Assembly: GCA_963662585.1 (NCBI GenBank)
Contig: OY759729.1
Coordinates: forward strand, 832,001-896,000
DNA from: Candidatus Cloacimonadales bacterium
GTDB taxonomy: Bacteria > Cloacimonadota > Cloacimonadia > Cloacimonadales > JAFGVF01
Length of the DNA stretch: 64,000 nt
Direction: 5' to 3'
In this document: one piece after another, positions 8,664-18,558 of the stretch
Position numbering within the stretch: the first letter of the stretch is position 1
Layout: each line of letters starts with the position of its first letter
Translations under genes and position numbers: made by a program
Notes under the pieces: model-generated
What the model was told of the DNA's origin: nothing
Databases searched by the model: none
What the model saw: only the letters and a program-made list of their open reading frames with translations

Positions 8664-11375
8664 ATGGCTGATAAAAAAATATCTATTGCTGAATTAAGAA
8701 AAATGAGAGCTGCTTCCAACAATTCAGATGCTCCTAAAAGATCTGAAGAGGAGAAAGCAGTCGAGACTGAAAAGAAATCTGTTTTCGTTAATAGAAGTGA
8801 AAAGAAGGAATTAGAAAATATTAATTCTAAGCCTATTTTGGCTAGCAAAGATATCCAAGAAGAGGACCACTTAAGTAAAGATAGTTTGCCAAATGATAAT
8901 TTACAGACTAAAGAGAATGAAGATTACAGCCAGATAGAAGTTGGATCTTATGGGAGCTCTTATGACAAGAAAGAGGATGTCCAAAATCCTAGTCCTGAAA
9001 ATAAGCTTAATCAAGAGAATAACCCTCCTGAGCCTTCCTATGGATATTCCAACTATGCTCAACAAAAGCAGAAAAACATTTTTGAAGATGAAATAAATAT
9101 CCTTGATTATTTAGAAATTGCCTATCGTTATAAATTCATGATTATCTTAATAACTATAGCGCTAATTTTAGCTGCTTATCTCTATTCAATAAATCAAACT
9201 CCTATTTATAAAACATCAACTAAGTTATTAATCAACAATGAGATAATGGAACTTAAGGTAATCAATCAGAAACCGGTACTTAAAGAGCAAATGAAACTTA
9301 GTACATGGATTCAAATTATTAAATCTTCTGATGTTGCTTCTTTAGTTTCCAAGTATTTAGATGGTGCTGTTTCACCTGGTGTTGTAAAGGGTGCTATCGA
9401 CTGTTCTACTGAGCGGGATGAAGAGAGGATTATCAATCTTACTGCCACTCATACTAACCCTAATCTAGCAGCTAGAATAGCAAACAACTATTATCATGCC
9501 TTAAATGATTATGATATGTCTATTAGAAATGACAGTTATGCTCAAACTATAAGATATCTTGAAGAACAATTAAACAAAAATAACAATGATTTAGATTCCC
9601 TGAATGCAGCGATAGAAAAAGTATATCGTAATCACAACTATAAGAATTTCTCCGGAGATATAGAAGAAAATTTCAAGCGTTTAAGCAGTTTCAAAGATAT
9701 TTTATCAAACACTGAAGTTGAATTAGAAGCTGAAAATGCCAATATCCGGGCACTTAAATCTAGACTAAAAGAAGAGGATTCTGAATACACTACTGAGACT
9801 ACTTATAGTGAGCCACTAAAGATGAGATTGCTCAACCTTGAAGTAGATTTAGCCAGAGCCTTAACTTCTTACGGTGATAACCACCCTAAAGTAATTGGAA
9901 TTAAGCAAAATATCGCTAATATAACAAACCTTATTGAAGAGGGTGCTGAACAAAACATCCAATTAAAGAGTGTAGGAAATAATCCACTAAAGCAACAAAT
10001 TTTATCTGATTTGATTAAATCTGAAACTAAGGTGATATCACTATCTCAAAGGAAGTTAGCTTTAGCAAAAATCATCAAAAGTATGGAGTTAGACCCTGAA
10101 ATAGCTTCTCTCCTAAGTGATTTACATAGACAAAAAGATGCTCTGAATTCTATTATTATTAATCTCCAATCTCAACTTAGTGAAATGAGATTAAGCTCTA
10201 GCATTGATGCTTATAGAATAGTTCAATTAGAACAAGCTGTAGTTCCTTCAAAACCTTCAAATAATAAGATGAAACTTAATCTTTTGATAGGTACAATCTT
10301 AGGACTTGGCTTAGGTTTCGGTCTAGCCATGCTTCTCAATATGTTTGATAATAAGATCAGAAATGTTAAAGAGTTAGTAAAAAGCTATCCTAATATCCCA
10401 ATTGTAGGAACAGTACCTAAATTGAATTTCAGTCCTATGGAACTTGATATTCTTACCCAGAAAGATGCTAAAGAGAATAACCATCTTAAGGAAAATGTTT
10501 TAGCTATCTTTAATGAGATTGCCCTTAACTTTAAATATCTTATAATGAATAAAGAGCATAATCTAATCGGAATTATCAGCTCGATAAAGGGAGAAGGTAA
10601 GTCTACTATTTCTAACTACTTAGCAATAGCTTTAGCGAGAAATAATACTAAAGTTTTACTTGTAGATGCTGATTTCTATAATCCACGAGTTTCTCGATAT
10701 TATGACTTTAATAGACTTCCCGGTTTCTCAGAAGTAGTTACTGAGCAGGTTAATCTTGAGGATGCTATTATCGAAACTCGTTTCGAAAATCTCTTTGTAC
10801 TTCCTTCTGGGAAATTACCTCCAAGTGTTAACAAGTTGTATCATAGCGACAAGTTTCCTGATTATCTTAAAGAGATTAAAAAATTTGCTGATATTGTTAT
10901 CATAGATACTCCAGCTTATATGTATTTCCCAGAAACATCTATTCTTATTAATCATCTAGATTACTCTTTGCTTACCCTAAAGATGAATGTTACAACTCAC
11001 AAAAGCATCAACAGAGTGTTTAAAAAGTTGAGTATCATTAACACTGCTTGTTCTGGTTTTATTGCTAATGGTGTCATTAATGACATTTTTGATTCTGCTT
11101 ATTATGATTATTATTCCTATAGTTATGAATATTATTATTACACTTTAGAAGATGGATCTAAGAAGAAAAAGAAAAGAGCTAAATTAAGAAATAACTATGA
11201 AGAATATGACGAAAGTTCACTTGATTCGAAAAAGTCAAACGGACTTGCTACCGACAATAACAAAGTCAGTATCATCAAGAAAAATAAATTTGAAAAAGTT
11301 ATTGATTCTATTAAAGGTTTCTTAGGACTTTCAGACTACATCGATATTGAAGATGATGACTATGATGAGAGCTAA
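8664..11375 (+). CDS. wzc: Wzc-type polysaccharide co-polymerase / BY tyrosine kinase
   Basis: Wzz-like EINILDYL plus TM, coiled-coil periplasmic region, second TM, Walker A GEGKST, LVDAD, IIDTP, C-terminal Tyr cluster YYDYYSYSYEYYYY. Confidence 0.88.
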   Translation: MADKKISIAELRKMRAASNNSDAPKRSEEEKAVETEKKSVFVNRSEKKELENINSKPILASKDIQEEDHLSKDSLPNDNLQTKENEDYSQIEVGSYGSSYDKKEDVQNPSPENKLNQENNPPEPSYGYSNYAQQKQKNIFEDEINILDYLEIAYRYKFMIILITIALILAAYLYSINQTPIYKTSTKLLINNEIMELKVINQKPVLKEQMKLSTWIQIIKSSDVASLVSKYLDGAVSPGVVKGAIDCSTERDEERIINLTATHTNPNLAARIANNYYHALNDYDMSIRNDSYAQTIRYLEEQLNKNNNDLDSLNAAIEKVYRNHNYKNFSGDIEENFKRLSSFKDILSNTEVELEAENANIRALKSRLKEEDSEYTTETTYSEPLKMRLLNLEVDLARALTSYGDNHPKVIGIKQNIANITNLIEEGAEQNIQLKSVGNNPLKQQILSDLIKSETKVISLSQRKLALAKIIKSMELDPEIASLLSDLHRQKDALNSIIINLQSQLSEMRLSSSIDAYRIVQLEQAVVPSKPSNNKMKLNLLIGTILGLGLGFGLAMLLNMFDNKIRNVKELVKSYPNIPIVGTVPKLNFSPMELDILTQKDAKENNHLKENVLAIFNEIALNFKYLIMNKEHNLIGIISSIKGEGKSTISNYLAIALARNNTKVLLVDADFYNPRVSRYYDFNRLPGFSEVVTEQVNLEDAIIETRFENLFVLPSGKLPPSVNKLYHSDKFPDYLKEIKKFADIVIIDTPAYMYFPETSILINHLDYSLLTLKMNVTTHKSINRVFKKLSIINTACSGFIANGVINDIFDSAYYDYYSYSYEYYYYTLEDGSKKKKKRAKLRNNYEEYDESSLDSKKSNGLATDNNKVSIIKKNKFEKVIDSIKGFLGLSDYIDIEDDDYDES

Positions 11376-12468
11376 TAAATACTCTAGAGAGACTGTATCA
11401 CCCAGTAAAATTGCCTCTTACATAATATCTTTGATTATGTTAATTATTATTATCATCCTCATACTCTTATCTTTAAGAGGATGTTCTCGTGAGAATGATA
11501 CCATTTATGCCGGTGTCGGCGGTAGTGTCATCGACCCAGGTGTATATCCTATTTCCCTCAAAACTACTCTCTATGAGTTAATTATGAAGGCTAAGGGTGT
11601 TAAGAAGAATGCCGACCTCACTAACCTAGACCTTGATATGGAAATTACTCCCTGGGAGGTTTACTGTATCCCCTCTAAAAAAGCCGTAAAAGATGCTCCT
11701 CTTCCACAAGAGCCTGTTATCCAAGTTGATATACCAGAGATGCCTAAACTCAAAGATATTCCTCAAATTAATATAATTTACGCAGGACTTCCTCGTACTT
11801 ATATTCTTATTACTATTTACCCAGAACAAGATTTGCTTTTAGCAGGACACATTCCATGGTTCACTGCTATACCTGACCCTATTTCAGGAACAAAAACTCT
11901 TTACGAAACCTATCTCTATGGTGGAACAAGTGGTTTAGTTAGTGCTATTCAAACAATTACTAATAAGAAGATAGATTTCTACTTCTGCCAAGATAGACCA
12001 GCTTGGATTAAATTCATTGATCATTTAGGTGGAATAAAAGTAGATATACCTGAGAGCTTTGCTAAGCAATATCATGTAAATTCCGGAACTCATATAATTG
12101 ATGGTTATACCTCCTGGCTCTACATCACTTTCATTTCTAAAGATATGCGTAAAATAGATATAAATACCGGTTCTCATAATAGAATCCAACGCCAGAAAGC
12201 TTTTATGTTAGAATTATTTAAGAAATTCACAAGTCAAGACTTCTTCACTTCTACAAATGTGGGCCGACAAATTCTTAGTGAAGCTGAAAGTAATATAACA
12301 GTTCAAAAAGCTATTCCGATCGCTATGAAAGTTAAAAATATGAAGAATAGAAAAATTGAGTATTTTACTTTCCCAGGCATTTATAAAACTATTAACGGCA
12401 AAGTTTATTGGGAAACTAAACTACAAGAATACCAACAAAAACTCTTAGAATTTAGAGAGTATAAATAG
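11347..12468 (+). CDS. Membrane-anchored SLBB + LytR-CpsA-Psr (LCP) domain protein
   Basis: TM, then ComEA-like SLBB (GGSVIDPGVY...ADL..LDL), then LCP features (IDFYF, FIDHLGGIKVDI, G.HIIDG, NRIQRQKAFM). Real start is likely a few codons downstream. Confidence 0.7.
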   Translation: MKMMTMMRANKYSRETVSPSKIASYIISLIMLIIIIILILLSLRGCSRENDTIYAGVGGSVIDPGVYPISLKTTLYELIMKAKGVKKNADLTNLDLDMEITPWEVYCIPSKKAVKDAPLPQEPVIQVDIPEMPKLKDIPQINIIYAGLPRTYILITIYPEQDLLLAGHIPWFTAIPDPISGTKTLYETYLYGGTSGLVSAIQTITNKKIDFYFCQDRPAWIKFIDHLGGIKVDIPESFAKQYHVNSGTHIIDGYTSWLYITFISKDMRKIDINTGSHNRIQRQKAFMLELFKKFTSQDFFTSTNVGRQILSEAESNITVQKAIPIAMKVKNMKNRKIEYFTFPGIYKTINGKVYWETKLQEYQQKLLEFREYK

Positions 12469-12522
12469 AGTTTTTCACCAAGAAGGAATATCTAATTGAC
12501 TAGATTTTAGCTATTAGATATA

Positions 12523-13305
12523 TTGGCTTTATTAACATTATTATGGAGATACTTACCTATTATGAAAGCTTTAAAAATAAATTTGTTGCTTTTGATTCTG
12601 CTGTTCAGCACTAATATTTTTGCCCAAATCGATGATTATGAAGGAATTCCAATCATTACTAAGGAAGACATTTCGAGAGGATTAATATCTTCAGATTTAG
12701 AGCCTTTAGATACACTTGCTGTTATTGCCACAGAACAATATGTGATGAAGAAGGGTGATATTATCTCGATTGTAGTTATGGAACACCCTGAATTCACTAA
12801 AAGCTCAATAAGAGTTCTCCCTGATGGCGGTATTGAATATCCCCTATTAGGGAATATTAAAGCTGAAGGAATGACTGTTTCTACCCTGAGAAAACTGATC
12901 GAAAAGAGACTACTCCCCTATGTCACTATTCCTGTCGTTACAATTTATGTAGAGAAAATCTATGGGCATAAAATTAGTATAATAGGCTTCGTTACTAGTC
13001 CAGGAGAATATCAAATTTACGAACCTCTTAAACTTACTGATGCCCTGGCTTTAGCTCGGGGTATTAAGAATATTCGCGATGTTAAAGAGCTTCGCTTGAT
13101 TAGAAAGAATGGAGAAATATTCGATGTGGAGATTAGAGATCTATGGTTCTCTAACACCATTGAAGCATCAGATGACCAACTTATGATTTTTGAGGGTGAT
13201 ACATTGGTAGTTCCTCCTCCTCGTGAGTTTCCTTGGCATATCTATACAGCAATCTTAGCTACCATCTCTTTAGCAATAAATGTTTATTCTGTGACTTCTA
13301 AATAA
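12523..13305 (+). CDS. wza: Wza/polysaccharide export protein (Poly_export + SLBB)
   Basis: YVMKKGDIISIVV..HPEF....RVLPDGGIEYPLLGNIKAEGMT and G.V..PG.Y motifs; likely start at MKALK. Confidence 0.85.
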   Translation: MALLTLLWRYLPIMKALKINLLLLILLFSTNIFAQIDDYEGIPIITKEDISRGLISSDLEPLDTLAVIATEQYVMKKGDIISIVVMEHPEFTKSSIRVLPDGGIEYPLLGNIKAEGMTVSTLRKLIEKRLLPYVTIPVVTIYVEKIYGHKISIIGFVTSPGEYQIYEPLKLTDALALARGIKNIRDVKELRLIRKNGEIFDVEIRDLWFSNTIEASDDQLMIFEGDTLVVPPPREFPWHIYTAILATISLAINVYSVTSK

Positions 13306-13314
13306 GCACTTAGT

Positions 13315-16080
13315 ATGAGAAAGTTATTAATAGCTCTTATTATTAGCTATTGTTCTTTTCTATTTAGCAGTTCAGAGCTTTTTTATATTCCAAGATGGGA
13401 ATACATTGATGTAGATGGAACAAGAATCATCTATGATAAAACTTACCAGAAAAGAGCTAGGTTGGTTGCTTCCTTTTTACAGTATATCATTGAAAATCAA
13501 CCAGAGATGCGACCTCTCTTAAAGAGTGAGCAAATTGTAATTGATGCTAATTTTATCTCTGATAACTTAAATTTTGATTTCTATAATTTTGTTGAAAATA
13601 GCTTTAGAAAGCAACATAGAACAAAACTAGACTATGACCCTATTACTCTTAATAACCTGCAACAATTAACAGATATTCCTATATCTTTAAATTTTAATGA
13701 CTTCAAAAAAGATATCTTACAATATACCTATAACCTCACGAGCGGAAGAACTTTGCAGGGAACTAAGAAAATTCTCTACCCTGATTGGTTTCAAGACCCT
13801 ACTGAAACAAATCAAAAGTCTGATTTATTAGTTGCCTTTGAAAGAAGAATCCAGCTAGATTCTTATGATAATTATCGAGATTTTGCCCTCAATAATAAGA
13901 ACTTCTCAGTAAACCAACTTCTAAATAGCTCTTATCTAAGAAAACAGCCCAAAAAGTTATATCTAGGTATTTTAGCCCAAGACTATTTTATGTTAGAGTT
14001 TGGCTTAAAAAAATGGGAGAAAATAGTTAAGGATGTAGAATATTTTGATAATATTTTCTTCCCTTATTCCAGTGCCTTTAAAAAACATACAGGTTTAACT
14101 TTAAGTCAATTTTACAAAAACACCCATAAGTTCTATCGTAGAAAGTTCAACTCTGATATCTCATCACTCCCCCCTGATGTAAGCAAAGCTTTTTTCAAAG
14201 AAGATATTATTACTAAGAATAAGTCCTTTTCTCATCCTCACTTTCTGCATAATGATGACTTAGTTGCTATCTATTCCAGTTATGAAGAGGCTCCTGCGAT
14301 AGTTAGAATTAATCAAGCTAAAGAGATTAGCAAAATTACTGACCTTGGTTTTTCTTCTTCTGAAAAAATATCTGTAAATGAACCTTATGTGCTTTGGAGT
14401 CAAAACTTTGCTTATCCAAATTTCTATAATTTTAGTAATTCACGCATAGCAGTATATAACCTCAAGAATAGTCAGACCTCCTATATCGGAAGTAATAGTT
14501 TCTATCTTGAACCTGCTCTCTCACCTAAACAAGACATAATAAGTGTTGTCTCCTTTAACCCAGATTTTGAGCAGAATATCCTTTTCTTAGAATTTCCTTC
14601 AGGTAAAGTAATCAAAAGCCTCTCAAATTCAAATTGTTATAGTTATCAAGATCTTACTTGGCTTAATAACAATCAATTACTCTATATTGTTGAGAATTTC
14701 TTAGGGCAAACAGCTATCTATAAATATAATCTCACTACCAATAGCGAAGAGAAATTAACCCCTTACTCTCTCGATCCTATCAAAGATCTAACAGTAGCCG
14801 ATAATAAAATTTTCTTCTCCTATCCGGTAAATAATGTTTATAATATCTGTTCCTTAGCATTAAAAGATACTCTGCCTTATCAGACCTTCTATGCTGAAGT
14901 GAGTGCCAGCCAAGCTTCAATTAAAGATGGAAGAATGGTTTTCTCTTCTAATAGATATTGGGGTGATCAATTGCGAACTCTTACATTAGATCAAGATTTT
15001 TGGACTCCTATTCTCTGGAACGATTATAAAGATCTAACAAGAGAATGTTCAACAATTCTTAAACTAGATAACTATACAAATCTTCCAAGTAATAATCTTA
15101 GTCCCTTCTACAATTTGATTAATTTCAAAAGAATACGCTTCAGTTACGACCAGAGAGAAGCCTTTATCTACACAATCTCTCAAAATCCCATGAGAACTTT
15201 CACTTTCCATGCTAAGACCCTATTCGACTTCTCAAATCAAGGAATTAAAACTACTGTTTCTAATGTTATATCAAAACATTATCCTAATATTTTATCAGAA
15301 ATATCTCACTCTAATTCCAATTTTTCTGCAGATAAATTTGAAGAGGTTACTTACGGATCTAGTGTTAAACTTCCCTACTATTTTGGAGCAGGATCTTACT
15401 CTGGTTATGTTAACTTAAATGCTGGTATTTACCATTTAGACAGATATAAATCTAGAAAAGTACTTAATTTTACAAAACAAGCTGACTTCTATATTAATTA
15501 CCTGAAAAGTGAACTAAGTTTTAATCTATCAAAAATTAAAGCTAAAAATCAATTTTACTCTCCTTTTGGGCAAAATTACCTCTTCAGCTATAAGAAGTCT
15601 ATTGATAATAAATTTTCTCAGCAGTATTATCTAATGGCAGACTACTCTTTTTCAGGGCTGAGGAAAAGTGACTCTATTCTCTGGGAAAACTCTTTTCTCG
15701 CTGAGAAAAACAGTAACAAATATCTATTCCCTAACTTAATAAGTAGTGTCTATGGCTATACAAAATACCCTCCATCAGACAGAATCTACAAATCAACTCT
15801 CAAATATTTCTTGCCTCTTTTTTATCCTGAAAAAGGAATTGATAATGTAATTTTCTTAAAAAGAATCTACACATCTCTCTTTGCAAGTAGTGCTAAATCG
15901 ATAATTAATCGCAATAATCATCTTGCTGTCAGGGAACATAATGCCTTGGGGAATGAGTTAATTTTTGATTATAACCTCATGGATAGTATTGAATTTAAGG
16001 TAGGTTTGCGCTACTCTTATGCCTTTAATAAGAGTTTTAAACATCAATTTGATATCTTTATTCCTTTTAGTAAGTTCTAA
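13315..16080 (+). CDS. Secreted/outer-membrane protein with TolB-like beta-propeller and probable C-terminal beta-barrel
   Basis: Signal peptide, propeller-like repeats (EPALSPKQDII, IYKYNL...EEKLT), aromatic-rich amphipathic strands, terminal Phe. Confidence 0.55.
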   Translation: MRKLLIALIISYCSFLFSSSELFYIPRWEYIDVDGTRIIYDKTYQKRARLVASFLQYIIENQPEMRPLLKSEQIVIDANFISDNLNFDFYNFVENSFRKQHRTKLDYDPITLNNLQQLTDIPISLNFNDFKKDILQYTYNLTSGRTLQGTKKILYPDWFQDPTETNQKSDLLVAFERRIQLDSYDNYRDFALNNKNFSVNQLLNSSYLRKQPKKLYLGILAQDYFMLEFGLKKWEKIVKDVEYFDNIFFPYSSAFKKHTGLTLSQFYKNTHKFYRRKFNSDISSLPPDVSKAFFKEDIITKNKSFSHPHFLHNDDLVAIYSSYEEAPAIVRINQAKEISKITDLGFSSSEKISVNEPYVLWSQNFAYPNFYNFSNSRIAVYNLKNSQTSYIGSNSFYLEPALSPKQDIISVVSFNPDFEQNILFLEFPSGKVIKSLSNSNCYSYQDLTWLNNNQLLYIVENFLGQTAIYKYNLTTNSEEKLTPYSLDPIKDLTVADNKIFFSYPVNNVYNICSLALKDTLPYQTFYAEVSASQASIKDGRMVFSSNRYWGDQLRTLTLDQDFWTPILWNDYKDLTRECSTILKLDNYTNLPSNNLSPFYNLINFKRIRFSYDQREAFIYTISQNPMRTFTFHAKTLFDFSNQGIKTTVSNVISKHYPNILSEISHSNSNFSADKFEEVTYGSSVKLPYYFGAGSYSGYVNLNAGIYHLDRYKSRKVLNFTKQADFYINYLKSELSFNLSKIKAKNQFYSPFGQNYLFSYKKSIDNKFSQQYYLMADYSFSGLRKSDSILWENSFLAEKNSNKYLFPNLISSVYGYTKYPPSDRIYKSTLKYFLPLFYPEKGIDNVIFLKRIYTSLFASSAKSIINRNNHLAVREHNALGNELIFDYNLMDSIEFKVGLRYSYAFNKSFKHQFDIFIPFSKF

Positions 16081-16233
16081 TCTTAATCGACACTATCTTT
16101 GTCTAATGCTCGAGTTGCCTTCACTTTATCTTGCCTTTCACTTATCCGCCCTTACTTCTTCTCACTCATCATAAATACTATTCGAAAGTTCTTTGAGCTC
16201 AGTTAGAAAGAGCAAGGGATGACCATCTAGGGA

Positions 16234-16273
16234 TAATCCCGAATGGTGTAGTAGAGCTTTGCAGAAGAGTGCA
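16234..16273 (+). repeat. Dispersed intergenic repeat, copy A
   Basis: CGAATGGTGTAGTAGAGCTTTGCAGAAGAGTGCA matches the reverse complement of 51297-51330 at 32/34 nt. Confidence 0.75.
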
Positions 16274-16414
16274 GATTCTTTTAGATAAAGGTTTTACAGA
16301 ATTTATCAGCCTATAATATATATACTCTGAGAAATTATGTAAAATGCTTTAGCAAATGAATATAGTGCTATTCTAAAAGATTTACTGCATTATTTGGGAT
16401 AATAGAGAAAGCAT

Positions 16415-16441
16415 AAAAAAACCCTTGCAAGCAAGGGTTTA
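16415..16441 (-). terminator. Intrinsic terminator of typA
   Basis: AAACCCTTGC-AA-GCAAGGGTTT hairpin with a T-run on the minus strand. Confidence 0.75.
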
Positions 16442-16469
16442 AGTATTTATATTCTAGCTTAAAGATTTA

Positions 16470-18290
16470 TTAAGCCATATCATTTTTCTTGTTATCAAAT
16501 CTTTTTCTATCTAAGTGATTTAAGATTTTCTTTCTCATTCTAATTGAATCAGGTGTAACTTCTAAAAGTTCATCATCTCCAATATATTCAAGAGCTTGTT
16601 CTAAACTAAACATCCTTGGTGGGATAAGTTTTAAAGCATCATCACTACCAGAAGCACGCACATTAGTTAGTTTTTTTCCTTTTATGACATTGATTACTAA
16701 ATCCATATCTTTAGCATGCTGTCCGACAACCATACCAGCATAAACAGGTGTATTTGGATTAATAAAAAGAACACCGCGTGGTTGGAAATTGTTTAAAGAA
16801 TAGCCTAAAGCAACCCCAGATTCCATAGCAATTAAAGAACCATGATTAGAGTGATTGATTTCTCCTTTATGTGGCTCATATTCTAAGAAAGAATGATTAA
16901 TGATACCTGTTCCACGAGTTAAAGTCATAAACTCATTTCTAAAGCCAATCAAACCACGAGCAGGAACTGAAAATTCACAACGAGCATAACCATCAACAGC
17001 AGAATTCATATTAATCAATTCTCCTCTTCTCTTACCCATCATTTCAATTACAGTACCAACAAATTCTTCTCCAACATCAACAATTGCTAATTCAATAGGT
17101 TCATGGATTTTTCCATCTATCTCTTTAAAAATAACTTTTGGTTTAGATACTTGTAATTCATAACCTTCTCTTCTCATATTTTCAATAAGAATAGAAAGTT
17201 GAAGTTCTCCTCTACCTTTAACAATAAAAGTATCTGCTGAAGCTGTTCTTTCAACTACTAAAGAAACATTAGTTTGAAGCTCTTTTTGTAGTCTTTCCCA
17301 GATCTTTTTGGAAGTAACCCACTTTCCTGATTTACCAACAAATGGAGAATCATTAACCATGAATTCCATACCAATAGTTGGTTCGTCAATATCAATAGAA
17401 GGTAAAGCTTCCAGATTATCCTTATCTGAGATTGTCTCACCCACATCTATATAATCTGATCCAGCAACACATACTATATCTCCAGCAAAAGCAGAGAATA
17501 CAGATTTCTTTTTAAGCCCATCGAATGTAAATAATTTACTTACTTTAAATGAAATTACTTTTTCATCTCTCTTAATTAATGCAACTTCTTGACCAACTGA
17601 AATCTCACCATTATGGATTTTACCTGTACCAAGCTTGCCAAGATACTTGTCATATTCAATAGCAGAAGTAAGCATTTGAAGAGGTTTGTTCTTATCTCCC
17701 TTGGTATCATCAACATACTCTAAGATAGTATCAAGGAGTGGGAAAATATTATCTGATTCATCTTCAAGATTTATTTTGGCATAACCATCACGAGCAGAAG
17801 CATAAACAACTGGAAAATCTAATTGTTCATCTGATGCATTAAGTTCCATAAATAACTCGAATATGGAATCAAGTACATCATGTGGTTTAGAATTTGGTCT
17901 ATCTATTTTATTAATAACAACAATTGGTTTTAAACCTAATTCTAAAGACTTTTTTAATACATATTTGGTTTGAGGCATTGTTCCTTCATAAGCATCTACT
18001 AGCAAAAGCACGGAATCAACCATCTTCATAATTCTCTGAACTTCTCCACCGAAATCAGCATGACCCGGTGTATCTACAATATTAATCTTATAATCTTTAT
18101 AGTAAAGAGAAGCATTTTTTGAAAATATTGTGATACCTCTCTCCTTTTCTATATCGTTAGAATCCATCACCCTTTCTTCAATTCTCTCATTTGCCCGAAA
18201 TGTTCCTGCTTGCTGAAGTGCAGCATCCACTAATGTAGTTTTTCCGTGGTCAACATGAGCAATTATGGCGATATTCTTAATTTTCTGCAT
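16470..18290 (-). CDS. typA: Translational GTPase TypA/BipA
   Basis: NIAIIAHVDHGKTTLVD, EKERGITI, DTPGHADFGGEV, GRGELQLSILIENMRREGYE. Confidence 0.97.
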   Translation of the reverse strand: MQKIKNIAIIAHVDHGKTTLVDAALQQAGTFRANERIEERVMDSNDIEKERGITIFSKNASLYYKDYKINIVDTPGHADFGGEVQRIMKMVDSVLLLVDAYEGTMPQTKYVLKKSLELGLKPIVVINKIDRPNSKPHDVLDSIFELFMELNASDEQLDFPVVYASARDGYAKINLEDESDNIFPLLDTILEYVDDTKGDKNKPLQMLTSAIEYDKYLGKLGTGKIHNGEISVGQEVALIKRDEKVISFKVSKLFTFDGLKKKSVFSAFAGDIVCVAGSDYIDVGETISDKDNLEALPSIDIDEPTIGMEFMVNDSPFVGKSGKWVTSKKIWERLQKELQTNVSLVVERTASADTFIVKGRGELQLSILIENMRREGYELQVSKPKVIFKEIDGKIHEPIELAIVDVGEEFVGTVIEMMGKRRGELINMNSAVDGYARCEFSVPARGLIGFRNEFMTLTRGTGIINHSFLEYEPHKGEINHSNHGSLIAMESGVALGYSLNNFQPRGVLFINPNTPVYAGMVVGQHAKDMDLVINVIKGKKLTNVRASGSDDALKLIPPRMFSLEQALEYIGDDELLEVTPDSIRMRKKILNHLDRKRFDNKKNDMA

Positions 18291-18558
18291 TCTTTTTCCT
18301 TTTTTAATAATATATTTACAAGGGACTCCTATTTTTAAGTGGCAATTTAGTCAAGATAAAGCGAAATTATTTTTGAATTGATAAAAAAAGGGAGAACTTT
18401 TGATAGTCCTCCTTAAAATGTAAATCACTTCTATGGGTTAAAACTAATAATGAAGCAGAACTTTGATAATATATAATATATACTATTTACAGATAAATCT
18501 GCAAATTAGTTAGCTATAATAATCTGCTCCATCATCTAAGTTTATTGCATCTAATGGG

